DNA from: Candidatus Zixiibacteriota bacterium
Lineage (GTDB): Bacteria; Zixibacteria; MSB-5A5; UBA10806; 4484-95
Direction of reading: 5' to 3'
Length of the DNA: 64,000 bases
NCBI GenBank assembly: GCA_037441845.1
Contig: JBBIRK010000001.1
Location: 433,284 to 497,283, forward strand
Shown in pieces: positions 1-10,286 of this stretch. Made by a program: the position numbers and the translations under genes. The notes under the pieces are model-generated. The model saw only the letters and a list, made by a program, of their open reading frames with translations, ran no database searches and had not been told where the DNA came from. The first letter of the stretch is position 1. Every line of letters starts with the position of its first letter.

Positions 1-1018
1 GGGAATTGAGCTCCGGATAAACCTGCCCCATCTTCTCGGCAAGCGGCTCCACCAGCCTGTAAATAAACGGCTCGGTCAGTCCCAGCTGATGACCATAGCG
101 GGCGGCGCGGCGCAAAATCCTTCGCAATACATACCCTCTGCCCTCGTTGGAAATAATCGCATTGTCCGCGATAGCGAAAGCCAATGCCCGCGCATGATCG
201 GCGATCACCCGATGGGCGACACCTTCGGAAGATCGTTCATACCGCTTGTTCGAAAGCTGTTCGATTTTTTCGAGCAACGGCCGAAATAGGTCGGTATCGT
301 AATTCGAATCGACCCCTTGAATCACCATACACATCCGTTCGAGTCCGGCGCCGGTGTCCACTGATGGTCTCGGAAGCGGGGTATATTCGCCGCTTTCGTC
401 GCGATTATATTGCATGAATACCAGGTTCCAGATCTCCATGAACCGGTCCCCTTCGCCGTTCAATTCGCCGGGCAGGTGATCGCCTCTATCGAAATGGATC
501 TCCGAACAGGGGCCGCATGGCCCGGTATCCCCCATTGCCCAAAAATTGTCTTTCTCGCCGAAACGCAAGATGCGATCCTTCAATTCGGGAGCGATTTTGC
601 GCCACAATTTTTCGGCCTCGTCGTCTTCTTTATATACTGTGGCATATAGCCGCTTGGGGTCGAGGCAATAGATTTTGGTGACCAGCTCCCAAGCGAACGA
701 AATGGCCTCGGCTTTGAAATAATCGCCGAACGAGAAATTGCCGAGCATTTCGAAAAAGGTTTGATGCCTGGCGGTGAATCCAACCTGATCCAGGTCGTTG
801 TGTTTGCCGCCGGCGCGGATACATTTCTGAACCGAGACCGCCCGACTATATTCCCGCTTCTCCAGGCCGATGAAGACATTCTTGAACTGGTTCATCCCGG
901 CGTTGGTGAAAAGCAAGGTGGGGTCATCCTGTGGGATAACCGGAGACGACGGCACCACCCGATGACCGTTTCCGGCGAAATAATCGAGGAATGCCTGGCG
1001 AATGGCAACTGATTGCAT
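1..1018 (-). CDS. alaS: Alanine--tRNA ligase, 5' part (runs off the window; absent from the ORF track)
   Basis: Manual minus-strand translation from ATG 1018: [46 protein letters not shown]...[39 protein letters not shown], the AlaRS N-terminal motifs. Confidence 0.97.
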   Translation of the reverse strand, partial: MQSVAIRQAFLDYFAGNGHRVVPSSPVIPQDDPTLLFTNAGMNQFKNVFIGLEKREYSRAVSVQKCIRAGGKHNDLDQVGFTARHQTFFEMLGNFSFGDYFKAEAISFAWELVTKIYCLDPKRLYATVYKEDDEAEKLWRKIAPELKDRILRFGEKDNFWAMGDTGPCGPCSEIHFDRGDHLPGELNGEGDRFMEIWNLVFMQYNRDESGEYTPLPRPSVDTGAGLERMCMVIQGVDSNYDTDLFRPLLEKIEQLSNKRYERSSEGVAHRVIADHARALAFAIADNAIISNEGRGYVLRRILRRAARYGHQLGLTEPFIYRLVEPLAEKMGQVYPELNS

Positions 1019-1338
1019 GCGAATTAGATAATAGATAACCAGGGGAAAATCAAGTCTGAAGCCGCCGATGGCGGTATTGTCGCCGTTTTTGCTTTTCGCA
1101 ATTTCAACTTAACCGATCGGCGAATGGGCGATCCCGCTGGCTCGATCGAGTTTTTATTATGGGGAAACTTTAATCTCGCGAAATCTCCCAAGGCAAAGAC
1201 GTGAATTATTTACCGATGCCTGGTGAATCTTTTCGCCAAAAGCCATACCAGGGTGTATAATATCTTAATGATTACGATGAGGATCCCACGAAGGCTTGGG
1301 CGACGCATCCGGCATATTGAATATATAGTCCGGGAGGA

Positions 1339-3150
1339 ATGCTATTGTCGTTACTGAAAAGATTCCCGTCTTATAACACAATCCTTGAAGGCGCAGTGGT
1401 AACTTTCAAGCGATATCCTTTCGCCGTTTTATGCGCCATAATCGCCACCATAATCACAGTAAGCCTGGCCGATCGTGAATCGCTGGAACCGGAATATCTG
1501 TTGCGCCCGCTTCAATTCGCGTTAGCTTTAGGGCTGCCGCTATTCGTTGCCCTGACGCACCTGACCGAAAAACGGCAGTGGAAAAAAACCACCAGCCTGT
1601 TTGCGCAAATCAGCGGAGCTGTGATTCTTGCCGTGTATTATCTTTCGCTACCGGATAATGTCTTCGCGGCATATTCGCACCCGGTCCGATTTCTTCTAAT
1701 ATTTCTCGGTCTTCATTTTTTGGCGGCGGTTCTCCCATATTCCGGAGACAAACAGGATAGCGGGTTTTGGCGATATAATATTCTGCTTTTCTTGCGCTTT
1801 CTTAAAGCGGCTTTGTTTTCGGCCGTTCTATATATAGGTCTGATTATCGCCATTGCGGCGGCCGATCACCTATTCGATCTGGGGATTCCCGAACGGCGTT
1901 ATTTCCAAATTTGGCTTGTGATCGTCGGCATTTTCAACACCTTCATATTTCTGGGCGGCATCCCCCGGGATTTGAAAAGCCTCGACGGAGATCGCGTTTA
2001 TCCGAAGGCACTCGTAATTTTCACAAAGTATATCCTGGTGCCGCTGGTCATGGTCTATTTCGTTATCTTGATTTTATATGAGGCCAAGATCGCGATTGAA
2101 TGGAACTGGCCAAAAGGATGGGTGGCGCATCTTGTGTTGTGGTATTCGGTATTGGGGATTCTCTCCGTTTTGCTCTTGAATCCGTTGAGAGAATCGGCGG
2201 AACATCGCTGGATAGGGGTTGTCTCCAGATGGTTTTTCCGCACGTCGATTCCATTGATCGTGTTGCTGTTTCTTGCGATTTTCCGGCGGATCGGCGACTA
2301 CGGCCTTACCGAAAACCGTTATTTGGTGCTGGCGATGGCGTTGGGACTGAGCGTTGCGGCGATCTACCTTATCCTCAGCCGGAAAAAAGACATCCGCATC
2401 ATCCCCGGCATATTAAGTATCATCGCTTTCGTCAGCGCGATCGGGCCCTGGAGCGCTTTTGCACTCTCCGAAAACTCGCAACGGAATCGGCTGGAAGCGC
2501 TGATGAAACGAAATAATATTCTCGATCACGGCGTTGTTAAACATGCTTCAAGGGATATTTCATTTCGGGACCGACGGGAAATGAGCAACATAGTGGCATA
2601 TCTGAACGAGTGGCACGGCCTGCGGTCTTTCGCCAGCTGGTTTTCGGATGATGTCATGACGTCGCTCGATACTATTGCTATTGGAGAACGCAAAGCGGCG
2701 ATCACCGGATATCTCGGTTTCGAGCCGGTGGAGGCAAGCATCGGGGTCGCCGAGTCGGGACGTTTCTCATGGCGTCTTAAGCCCGGAAGCCCGGTCGATA
2801 TCGCCGGCTATGACTTCCTGCTCGGAATAACCATGATCGCGTCAAAAGTCAAACCGGATACCTTCACGGTCAATGGCATTTCGGGAAACCTGCGGTTTGA
2901 CGCCGTTAAATCAGTTCTTAAGGTTTCTTTGGGTGATATCAGTGATGACACCATCAACTTCTCGCTTAAGGACATTCTGAGCGGTTTGGTCTCATCGGAG
3001 GATTATGACCCGATAAAGAGCTTACGATTGTCGAGAAGCGGTGAACGATTCAGCGCCGCCCTTATCCTGAAGAGTATCTCCGGGTTTGCGGCGGAGGATT
3101 CGCTGAACATTCAGAGTTTCACCGCCGATCTCTTGTTTCGCCTTGATTAG
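1339..3150 (+). CDS. DUF4153-like polytopic membrane protein
   Basis: 603 aa with about 11 hydrophobic segments; RIGDYGLTENRY and GPWSAFALS motifs typical of DUF4153; GGAGG SD before ATG. Confidence 0.7.
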   Translation: MLLSLLKRFPSYNTILEGAVVTFKRYPFAVLCAIIATIITVSLADRESLEPEYLLRPLQFALALGLPLFVALTHLTEKRQWKKTTSLFAQISGAVILAVYYLSLPDNVFAAYSHPVRFLLIFLGLHFLAAVLPYSGDKQDSGFWRYNILLFLRFLKAALFSAVLYIGLIIAIAAADHLFDLGIPERRYFQIWLVIVGIFNTFIFLGGIPRDLKSLDGDRVYPKALVIFTKYILVPLVMVYFVILILYEAKIAIEWNWPKGWVAHLVLWYSVLGILSVLLLNPLRESAEHRWIGVVSRWFFRTSIPLIVLLFLAIFRRIGDYGLTENRYLVLAMALGLSVAAIYLILSRKKDIRIIPGILSIIAFVSAIGPWSAFALSENSQRNRLEALMKRNNILDHGVVKHASRDISFRDRREMSNIVAYLNEWHGLRSFASWFSDDVMTSLDTIAIGERKAAITGYLGFEPVEASIGVAESGRFSWRLKPGSPVDIAGYDFLLGITMIASKVKPDTFTVNGISGNLRFDAVKSVLKVSLGDISDDTINFSLKDILSGLVSSEDYDPIKSLRLSRSGERFSAALILKSISGFAAEDSLNIQSFTADLLFRLD

Positions 3151-3332
3151 CGACCTGCATGTAGAAAAAGCCGAAATGGATGCACCCTGAAAATCTTCTC
3201 TACGACGACTTAAAGCAGATTCATGTCGCTATCGGATTTTTGACCTAAAAAGCTTACACCGAAAGGGTCGGCACGCGGTAATAAATGAGAAGCTATTTAC
3301 AACAGTATTGTTCAAAGCTACCGTAATCCGGT

Positions 3333-4388
3333 TCAGCCGCCGGCAAAATACTTCTTCCGAAAGTAAAGAGCCACATTGACCAAACCCAGCATGACCGGAA
3401 CTTCTATCAACGGTCCAATCACTGTGGCGAACGCCACTCCGGAACCGATACCGAATACCGCCACTGCCACCGCTATGGCCAGCTCGAAATCATTGCTGGC
3501 GGCGGTCAGCGACACGGTAGCTGTGGGAGCATATGCAGCGCCCAACCGGCGAGACATGAAAAATGTGATGGCAAACATGATGAAAAAGTATGCCGCCAGC
3601 GGTATGGCCACCCGCACCACATCCAGCGGCAATCTAACTATCAGCTCGCCCTTGAAAGAAAACATCACCAATATGGTAAACAACAAAGCAATAAGCGTCA
3701 CCGGGCTGATCCGAGGAATCAACACTTTTTCATACCAATCGCGGCCTTTCAGGGCCAGGAATGCAAACCTCGTGATGATTCCCGCGATGAATGGAATGCC
3801 CAAGTAAATGAACACGCTCTTTGCGATCTCCCCTAAACTGACATCGACTATGCTTCCTTTCATGCCGAATATCGGCGGAAGCATGGTGACGAATATCCAA
3901 GTATAAAAGCTATAAAAAAGCACCTGGAAAACCGCGTTGAACGCGACCAATCCAGCCACCAGATCACGATCGGCTTGCGCAAGGTCATTCCAAACCAGAA
4001 CCATAGCTATACAGCGCGCCAATCCCACCAAGATAAGCCCAATAGCATACTCCGGGAGGTCGCGCAAAAGCAAAACCGCCAGAAGAAACATCACGACCGG
4101 CCCCACGACCCAATTCTGAAACAGCGACAACGCCAATACCTTGCGATGTTGGAATACAGTTCCAAAGGCCTCGTATCTTACCTTAGCCAGCACCGGATAC
4201 ATCATCAATATCAGCCCGATTGCAATAGGGATATTGGTCGTTCCGGCCGAGAATTTGTCCCAAAAGCCGGCCACTCCGGGGAAAAAGTAACCCCAGGCAA
4301 CGCCGACCGCCATGGCCGTAAAAATCCATATCGTCAAGTATCTATCCAAAAACCCCAATCTTCGCACAACCGAATCGTTACCCTTCAT
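3333..4388 (-). CDS. acr3: ACR3-family arsenite efflux transporter
   Basis: [43 protein letters not shown] and GPLIEVPV motifs; ATG 4388 preferred over TTG 4415. Confidence 0.95.
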   Translation of the reverse strand: MKGNDSVVRRLGFLDRYLTIWIFTAMAVGVAWGYFFPGVAGFWDKFSAGTTNIPIAIGLILMMYPVLAKVRYEAFGTVFQHRKVLALSLFQNWVVGPVVMFLLAVLLLRDLPEYAIGLILVGLARCIAMVLVWNDLAQADRDLVAGLVAFNAVFQVLFYSFYTWIFVTMLPPIFGMKGSIVDVSLGEIAKSVFIYLGIPFIAGIITRFAFLALKGRDWYEKVLIPRISPVTLIALLFTILVMFSFKGELIVRLPLDVVRVAIPLAAYFFIMFAITFFMSRRLGAAYAPTATVSLTAASNDFELAIAVAVAVFGIGSGVAFATVIGPLIEVPVMLGLVNVALYFRKKYFAGG

Positions 4389-4444
4389 TTCTTTATCTTT
4401 CCTTAACGCGATCAATTAAGACCAGCCATCGGTCAGGCATTCAA

Positions 4445-4857
4445 TTAATGCCCAAGATAGTCACTGATCCGTTTTTCCATTTTAACTCGTATGATGCGAA
4501 ATTTATTCATTCACCTACCTGGAAACCGCCCGCTGTAGTCGAATCATCGAAAGGCAAAGACAATGCCTCCAATGCGAACAGATAGAAGCGCGGGCGATTT
4601 ATTAGCCAGTCCGCAGACGAAAAGCTCATGCTTAATCGATACTTTGCCGAAGACGACATCGACTCCCTTAGGTGTGGTCGGGATATGTCCGAACCGATTT
4701 CATTCATCAACTTAATCGCCAAGGAATACGCATGTTGCGGATCAAGCCCGGCGTCTTAAACATCGAATACGCCTCCCGCATACCTCCATAGAAACGGGTC
4801 CGCCGACTGACCACGGCAAGAATCGCCGGTGCAAAGAAAAAGAACATTTTGTATCAT
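4445..4857 (-). pseudogene. arsC: Degraded second arsenate reductase (LMW-PTP ArsC) pseudogene
   Basis: Manual translation: MIQNVLFLCTGDSCRGQSADPFLWRYAGGVFDV*DAGLDP...LAIKLMNEIGSDIS / PKGVDVVFGKVSIKHELFVCG / PRFYLFALEALSLPFDD / NKFRIIRVKMEKRISDYL. It has an in-frame TAA and several frame changes; its ATG overlaps the upstream arsC stop (ATGA). Confidence 0.85.
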
Positions 4858-5297
4858 GATCGTCCATTTTCCCCAAAAGGAAGTCCATCCGGCAAAGTCA
4901 TCACGAAATCCCTGATTTCGTCTCGAACGCGCCGATAATGCGACAATGCCTCTTCTTCGGTCTTCGCCGATTCAGCAAGTTTCGGCGGATCATCGAACCC
5001 GTGATGAATTTTAATCGCTTTGCCGGGGAAAACCGGGCAATTCCGATCGGCATCGGAGCAAACGGTTATCACGAAATCGAACTCCTGGGTATTCAAATCA
5101 GCGGTCGTCTTGGATTTGTGGAAAGAAATATCCACCCCGGCCTCGGCCATCACTTTCACGGCATTCGGATTCAGCCCGCGAGCCTCTATTCCGGCGGAAT
5201 ACGCCCTAATGACATCTCCTTTGAGTTTTCTGGCCCAGCCCTCGGCCATCTGGCTGCGACAAGAGTTGCCGGTGCATAGGAACAACACTTTCAGCAT
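4854..5297 (-). CDS. arsC: Arsenate reductase ArsC (thioredoxin-dependent, LMW-PTP fold)
   Basis: VLFLCTGNSCRSQMAEG P-loop, ITVCSDADRNCP resolving cysteines, FDDP; lies in an ars cluster. Confidence 0.95.
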   Translation of the reverse strand: MLKVLFLCTGNSCRSQMAEGWARKLKGDVIRAYSAGIEARGLNPNAVKVMAEAGVDISFHKSKTTADLNTQEFDFVITVCSDADRNCPVFPGKAIKIHHGFDDPPKLAESAKTEEEALSHYRRVRDEIRDFVMTLPDGLPFGENGRS

Positions 5298-5663
5298 TTT
5301 TTGCGCCTCTCGCATAACTCTTCGGGTTCGAGCTTCAGTATTTCTTTTAAGCGTCGATCATCGGCTCGGGCCGTTCGAGTTTGCCGGGCATTTCGCAGGA
5401 TTGATTTTAGAGCGTCGTTCGGTACTCCTTTGGCATCCGACCCGGCAAGAGTGTAAAAAACCCCACCGACCCTTCTTTCGAAATTTGACCAACCTTGCCT
5501 CTTTAAGTATTTGCAAATGCTTGGATATGGTCGATGGCGCCAGCTTAAGCAGTTCAACGACCTGGCAGACACACAATTCCCGATCTTCAAGGGCAAGAGC
5601 GATTCTTATCCGAGTTTCATCGGCCAGCGCCTTAACCCCTCCGATCTCGAGAATCGCAGTCAT
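5291..5663 (-). pseudogene. arsR: ArsR/SmtB repressor split by a one-base frameshift (or sequencing error)
   Basis: KALADETRIRI...ELCVCQV...STISKHLQILKEARLV...RKKGRW continues as VFYTLAGSD...LEPEELCERRKKC after removing one base from the G4T6 run at 5455-5464. The restored stop overlaps the arsC start. Confidence 0.8.
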
Positions 5664-5704
5664 TTTTCCCCAGCCATCCGCATAATCGAAAATTCATTAC
5701 TACA

Positions 5705-5722
5705 TTTCGCTATTTAATGAAA
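5705..5722. promoter_or_regulatory. Possible ArsR operator (TTTC-N10-GAAA) upstream of the second arsR
   Basis: TTTCGCTATTTAATGAAA imperfect inverted repeat about 40 nt upstream of the ATG. Confidence 0.35.
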
Positions 5723-5759
5723 CATCCTCGATCGTTGTTCCGTTCTAATGCCCTCATCT

Positions 5760-6452
5760 TCAAAAATTCACGCCGAAAATATAAATCATGGAGTAATAGA
5801 CACCTATGAGAATGAAAGCCACGGCCGTGAGTTTCCGCGCCCACCTTTCAAATACACTTATCTTATTGAAAGCCGCTCCCACCCATCGCACTCCGAGAGC
5901 GATGAGTACGGCGAACGCCACAACCGGCAAGGCGGTCCCGATACCGTAAATCGTAGGCACAATTACCGACGATTGATGGTCCAGCGCCAGGGGAATCAGG
6001 CTGCCGAAAAACAACGCCGCCGAAATCGGGCAAAACGAAAGCGCGAACAACAATCCTAGCAATCCCGCCCCCCATACGCCCATGCTTTCCACCTTACCTT
6101 GCAAGGATGAACCGAGTCCGCCGCCGGGGAAAGTGATCGAGATCAAATCCAATAAGACCAATCCGACAATTATAAGAATCGGCCCCAGAATCTTGTTCAT
6201 ATTTTGCTGAAGAAACATGGCCAACTCCGGGATTGACAACAATCCGGCCACGATCAGCATGCCAAGCGTAAGATAAGTCAGCATCCGCCCGAACGTATAA
6301 AGCAGACCGGCGATCAGCACTTTCCGGGGACTGCCCACCTGTCGCCCGATGTAACCTATAGCCGCTATATTGGTGGCCAGCGGGCAAGGGGATATGGAGG
6401 TGAGGATTCCCAACCAGATCGCGGTGCTGATTGCGACCGTAATAGACTCCAT
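5760..6452 (-). CDS. arsG: ArsG-family / CcdA-DsbD-like membrane protein
   Basis: About 6 TM segments, TSISPCPLATNIAA and ALSFCPISAALFFG (two membrane Cys); TGATG overlap with the upstream arsF-like gene. Confidence 0.8.
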   Translation of the reverse strand: MESITVAISTAIWLGILTSISPCPLATNIAAIGYIGRQVGSPRKVLIAGLLYTFGRMLTYLTLGMLIVAGLLSIPELAMFLQQNMNKILGPILIIVGLVLLDLISITFPGGGLGSSLQGKVESMGVWGAGLLGLLFALSFCPISAALFFGSLIPLALDHQSSVIVPTIYGIGTALPVVAFAVLIALGVRWVGAAFNKISVFERWARKLTAVAFILIGVYYSMIYIFGVNF

Positions 6453-6952
6453 CAACTCTCCTTCAAATAAGCCCCTATTTCATCCCGCACATACTTGAAA
6501 AATTCTTCTTTGTTTCTTAGGAGCTGCCAGACTTTGGTCAGGTTTTTCCATTCTATTTGCTTGCCGTCTTCAAGGCGACTGATAATCAGGGACTTGGCGT
6601 AAAGTCGGTAGTCATCGATATAATGTTTGTATTTGGATTCATCGACATTAATAGACTCAAACTTCAAAATCCCCGTTTTCAGCTCCTCGACAAATCCGGT
6701 CTCGATCGCCTCTCTGGAGTATGCCTCTATTTTTTTGCATGAGGCGCAGCGATACGTCGTATGGAAATAGTAAGCGATCACTTTGGGCGTAGCGGCGGCG
6801 GAATCTTTATTCGCCTTCACTGTATCGACGCCTTCGGTCGAATGGGCAGTCCGGTTTCCATTGTTTGACTCAGCCTCCAAGCCTATACGCCAAAAACCAA
6901 TCAAGGCGAAAACCATCGTTGCAATAAAAATTAAAGAGTGTCGTCGTCTCAC
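6452..6952 (-). CDS. arsF: ArsF-family thioredoxin-like protein with N-terminal signal/anchor
   Basis: YYFHTTYRCASCKKIE CxxC and WKNLTKVW motif; hydrophobic N-terminus; adjacent to arsG. Confidence 0.8.
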   Translation of the reverse strand: MRRRHSLIFIATMVFALIGFWRIGLEAESNNGNRTAHSTEGVDTVKANKDSAAATPKVIAYYFHTTYRCASCKKIEAYSREAIETGFVEELKTGILKFESINVDESKYKHYIDDYRLYAKSLIISRLEDGKQIEWKNLTKVWQLLRNKEEFFKYVRDEIGAYLKES

Positions 6953-6966
6953 GGTGTAATTCCCCT

Positions 6967-7407
6967 TTATTTTTCGCTCGCCAATAATTTCTCAGCGTGC
7001 TCATAGGCGCGTGTTATATGCTCCTGATCGACTTTGGTGCGGCCCTTTTCCATGCCGAGTTCTGAAAGCGAGACGTGATCGAAAAGCGTAACTTTCGCCT
7101 TCTCCATGGCGGATTTGGCGCAATTTTCCGGACACCCGTCGATAACGATGATCCTCTCGGCGGCCTTGATCGGATCCATGGCAAAATCGATTCCGTTTGC
7201 CACTGCCGCCAGACAACCCATCGATGCCAGCCTCATTCGGGAAATACGGCGCGCCGCCTGATCCGCGACCGCGCCGACATCGGACGCACCGGAACAGGCG
7301 AAAACCAGTCGCGGCGCTCCGCCGCAGCAGGAGTGTTTGATTTCCCCGGCGACAGTTTCGTTTTTACTAGAACCGCCCCCGCAACAGTTACTTTGCGTAT
7401 TTTCCAT
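6967..7407 (-). CDS. DGC-domain putative zinc-binding protein
   Basis: FACSGASDVG, MGCLA, IDGCPENCAK; start at ATG 7407 after GAGGT; N-terminal CCGGG...SCCGG extension. Confidence 0.85.
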   Translation of the reverse strand: MENTQSNCCGGGSSKNETVAGEIKHSCCGGAPRLVFACSGASDVGAVADQAARRISRMRLASMGCLAAVANGIDFAMDPIKAAERIIVIDGCPENCAKSAMEKAKVTLFDHVSLSELGMEKGRTKVDQEHITRAYEHAEKLLASEK

Positions 7408-7433
7408 AACTACCTCACATTTTCCTCTATTTT

Positions 7434-7667
7434 TCAAGCGATGAGCTTCTTCAATTCTTCGACAGAAGGCACTTTGCCGGTTAACTTCACTTCGCCATCG
7501 ACAACCAACGCCGGCGTCATCACCACTCCGTAGGCCATGATTTGCTGAATGTCCTCCACCTTTACGATATCGCACTCCAAATTGAGCTGCGCGGCCGCCT
7601 CCTTGGTCAGCTCGGTGAGTTTTTTGCATTTAGGGCAGCCGGTACCGAGAATTTCTATTTTCTTCAT
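7434..7667 (-). CDS. arsE: Small redox-active disulfide protein (MTH895/ArsE-like thioredoxin)
   Basis: 77 aa: IEILGTGCPKCKKL...YGVVMTPALVVDGEVK...GKVPS. Confidence 0.88.
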   Translation of the reverse strand: MKKIEILGTGCPKCKKLTELTKEAAAQLNLECDIVKVEDIQQIMAYGVVMTPALVVDGEVKLTGKVPSVEELKKLIA

Positions 7668-7688
7668 CTTAAAACGCTCCTCGTTTTA

Positions 7689-8921
7689 TTATCTTATTTT
7701 CTGCCCGCCCATCATATAAAAGTAGGTAGCCGCCCAGTTGCCCAATATCGTGACTATTCCAAACAAGAACATGCCAACACTCATCAACGCCCAGCCGGAC
7801 ATGATGTTTCCCACTACACACCCGCCCGCAAAAGCCGCGCCGACCCCTACCATGACTCCCCCAAACAAGGCGAACAACATCTCATCGGGCGGCTTGGGCA
7901 ACAGCTTGACCTGCCCCGACATCCTGCCGGAAACCCAAGCGCCAACCGGAAATGCCAGCACTTCCAACACGAGCCACCAAATAATTTTTTTGCCGCCGGG
8001 TTTGGATATTTGCGCCGGCGTCGCCGACGAGGCGGATTTGCCCGAGGAAGCGGGCTGATTAGCGTAAATATGACTGAAATCGCTGTCAACCAGAAGCAGT
8101 TCCACCTGCATCACGCCGTGGGTCACGCCCAGCGGATAGTTCCTCCCGCTGGCGGCTGATGAGAGATACGCGGGAACCATCAACAAACCTATCGCAATGC
8201 CCGATATCCACGGCCTCCAGGGCCGTGTCAAAACATGCTGCAACCAAGATAATTTCTTGCTTTTTGAGCGTTTGGCGGCCGAACCACGAAAACCGTTCTT
8301 GAACACCAATGCGGCCGATAGCGTCGCCAAAACAAAAAGCAAGGCAAGCACCCAGAACGGAATGCCGGTAAGCGCGAATAGGCTGACTGCCTTGCCGCCG
8401 GCAAGCGATAATTCGTGTTTCTTCATCCAATCATTCAGGCCGTTCAGCGGACCGTATTCAACCATCATGACACCGATAGGGATTCCCAGTAGCGCGATAA
8501 TCGAATTGAGATTGCCCGTTGCCCCTTTATACATGCAACCGCTGATACAACCGCCGGAAAAAACCATTCCCACTCCAAAAATAAGACCGCCGACTATATA
8601 GTTCAGGTAAAGCAAAGGTTTCGGACTTAGCTTCACCGCGCCAATAAGATCCAGCACCGCGAATCCGAGCATCGCCACCACGATCAGTATCCACAGCCCG
8701 ACGATTTTGCGGAAATCGCGCATGATAATGATTTCACTGAACGCCGACGACCCGCAAAGATCACCTTTCTGCAAAAAGAAACCGAATAGAAATCCGATAG
8801 GAATCGCGGTCAACACCCACAGTCCGGTAACTCCGGAAACGATGATTATTCCGATCATTCCCAGCAGACTCACGATCGAATACGCCCGCCAATTCACACC
8901 AACCATTTTCGCTCTTTCCAA
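7689..8921 (-). CDS. YeeE/YedE (TsuA-like) sulfur-compound transporter
   Basis: GFLFGFFLQKGDLC, GMVFSGGCISG and GAAFAGGCVVGN: the three conserved membrane cysteines of the family; about 9-10 TM segments; start uncertain (8921 or 8906). Confidence 0.85.
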   Translation of the reverse strand: MERAKMVGVNWRAYSIVSLLGMIGIIIVSGVTGLWVLTAIPIGFLFGFFLQKGDLCGSSAFSEIIIMRDFRKIVGLWILIVVAMLGFAVLDLIGAVKLSPKPLLYLNYIVGGLIFGVGMVFSGGCISGCMYKGATGNLNSIIALLGIPIGVMMVEYGPLNGLNDWMKKHELSLAGGKAVSLFALTGIPFWVLALLFVLATLSAALVFKNGFRGSAAKRSKSKKLSWLQHVLTRPWRPWISGIAIGLLMVPAYLSSAASGRNYPLGVTHGVMQVELLLVDSDFSHIYANQPASSGKSASSATPAQISKPGGKKIIWWLVLEVLAFPVGAWVSGRMSGQVKLLPKPPDEMLFALFGGVMVGVGAAFAGGCVVGNIMSGWALMSVGMFLFGIVTILGNWAATYFYMMGGQKIR

Positions 8922-8948
8922 TCTCGTTCCTCCCGATGCGTGGCCTAA

Positions 8949-10247
8949 TCAAAAAATCGTTCCATAAATCATCCCGGTTATGGTCGCCATCACCACAACC
9001 AACGATACGAAGACCACCGTTTTCCTCGTTCCCATGATCGACCGCAAGACCAACATGTTCGGCAGCGAAAGCGCTGGGCCTGCCAACAGAAGTGCCAACG
9101 CGGGTCCTTTGCCCATTCCGTTACCGATCAGCCCCTGCAAAATCGGCACCTCGGTCAGAGTCGCAAAATACATGAAGGCACCGGCCACCGAGGCGAACAG
9201 GTTCGCCCACAGTGAATTGCCGCCCACCGAACCGCTGATCCACTGCGATGGAATCAATCCTTCCATCCCGGGACGGCCGAGAAGCAATCCGGCAACAAGG
9301 ACGCCGCCGAATAGGAGCGGTAGAATCTGCTTGGCAAAACCCCAAGTTTGGGAGAACCATTCGCCGGATTCATCCTGTCGCCGGCTTGTTATGATCGACA
9401 ATCCTACTACTGCAGCCGAGAAAGCCGGCAACGGTTCGTGCGGAAATAATAAAGCAATGATGGCCGTGGTCATAGCCGTCATGCCAACAGCGATTTTGGA
9501 CAAATTGAACCAGAAAATCAATATTGCGCCGAAGGCGACCGCTGCAACACCGGTGATAAGCCACTTATAAGAGTAGACAAGATACCAGAAGCCTGTCGCC
9601 TTGTCCGGCTTGCCCCAATTGGCAAATACAAGGATGGCAACCATGGCCGCAAAGTAAAGTCCGTTTTGCCACAAGGGCCGGCTGACTTCCGGTTCGGGCA
9701 TCGCCATTTGCGCATTCACTTTCTCCGTCTCTTCTTTGCGATAGATCAGGTGCATCAGCAAACCGATGACGATGCTGAAACCAATCGCACCGACCGCCCT
9801 GGCGATGCCGAGCTTTATCCCTAATACCCGAGCGGTCAGAACGATAGCCAGGACATTGATCGCCGGGCCGGAATAAAGAAAAGCCGTGGCCGGACCAAGT
9901 CCGGCGCCCATTCGATAAATACCGGCAAAAAGCGGCAACACCGTGCAGGAACATACCGCGAGAATCGTCCCGGACACCGAGGCCACTCCGTATGAAAGCA
10001 CTTTGTTTGCCTTCGCCCCGAGGTATTTCATCACCGATGCCTGACTGACAAAAACCGCAATCGCTCCGGCGATAAAGAACGCGGGGATAAGACAGAGAAT
10101 TACATGTTCCTGCGCGTACCATTTTGTAAGCGCCAGGGACTCAATGATAGCGCCTCTCAACCGAGAACTATCGATCGGCAGGTGGAAGAAAATCAGGAAG
10201 ACCGCGACTATCCAGGCCAGCGGCTTCCACTCTTTTTCCCAATCCAT
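8949..10247 (-). CDS. arsP: ArsP-like permease (DUF318)
   Basis: HVILCLIPAFFIAGAI, AVCSCTVLPLFAGIY, FLYSGPAIN, MYFATLTEVPI, LLAGPALSLP. Confidence 0.88.
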   Translation of the reverse strand: MDWEKEWKPLAWIVAVFLIFFHLPIDSSRLRGAIIESLALTKWYAQEHVILCLIPAFFIAGAIAVFVSQASVMKYLGAKANKVLSYGVASVSGTILAVCSCTVLPLFAGIYRMGAGLGPATAFLYSGPAINVLAIVLTARVLGIKLGIARAVGAIGFSIVIGLLMHLIYRKEETEKVNAQMAMPEPEVSRPLWQNGLYFAAMVAILVFANWGKPDKATGFWYLVYSYKWLITGVAAVAFGAILIFWFNLSKIAVGMTAMTTAIIALLFPHEPLPAFSAAVVGLSIITSRRQDESGEWFSQTWGFAKQILPLLFGGVLVAGLLLGRPGMEGLIPSQWISGSVGGNSLWANLFASVAGAFMYFATLTEVPILQGLIGNGMGKGPALALLLAGPALSLPNMLVLRSIMGTRKTVVFVSLVVVMATITGMIYGTIF

Positions 10248-10286
10248 CGAATTTATCCTTTAAGCAAAACTTATCATTCCCCATAC

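Noticed and set aside
89..1012. Several short ORFs in the track
   Set aside because: They are antisense or off-frame shadows of alaS.
1019..1338. T-box or other leader RNA for alaS
   Set aside because: No T-box motif; a TTGATT promoter-like element lies within about 35 nt of the ATG, leaving no room for a leader.
4507..4722. 71-aa ORF resembling a YbhB/YbcL fragment
   Set aside because: Better explained as part of the arsC pseudogene.
5455..5464. Programmed -1 ribosomal frameshift at G GGT TTT
   Set aside because: Restoring ArsR needs a +1 shift, not -1.
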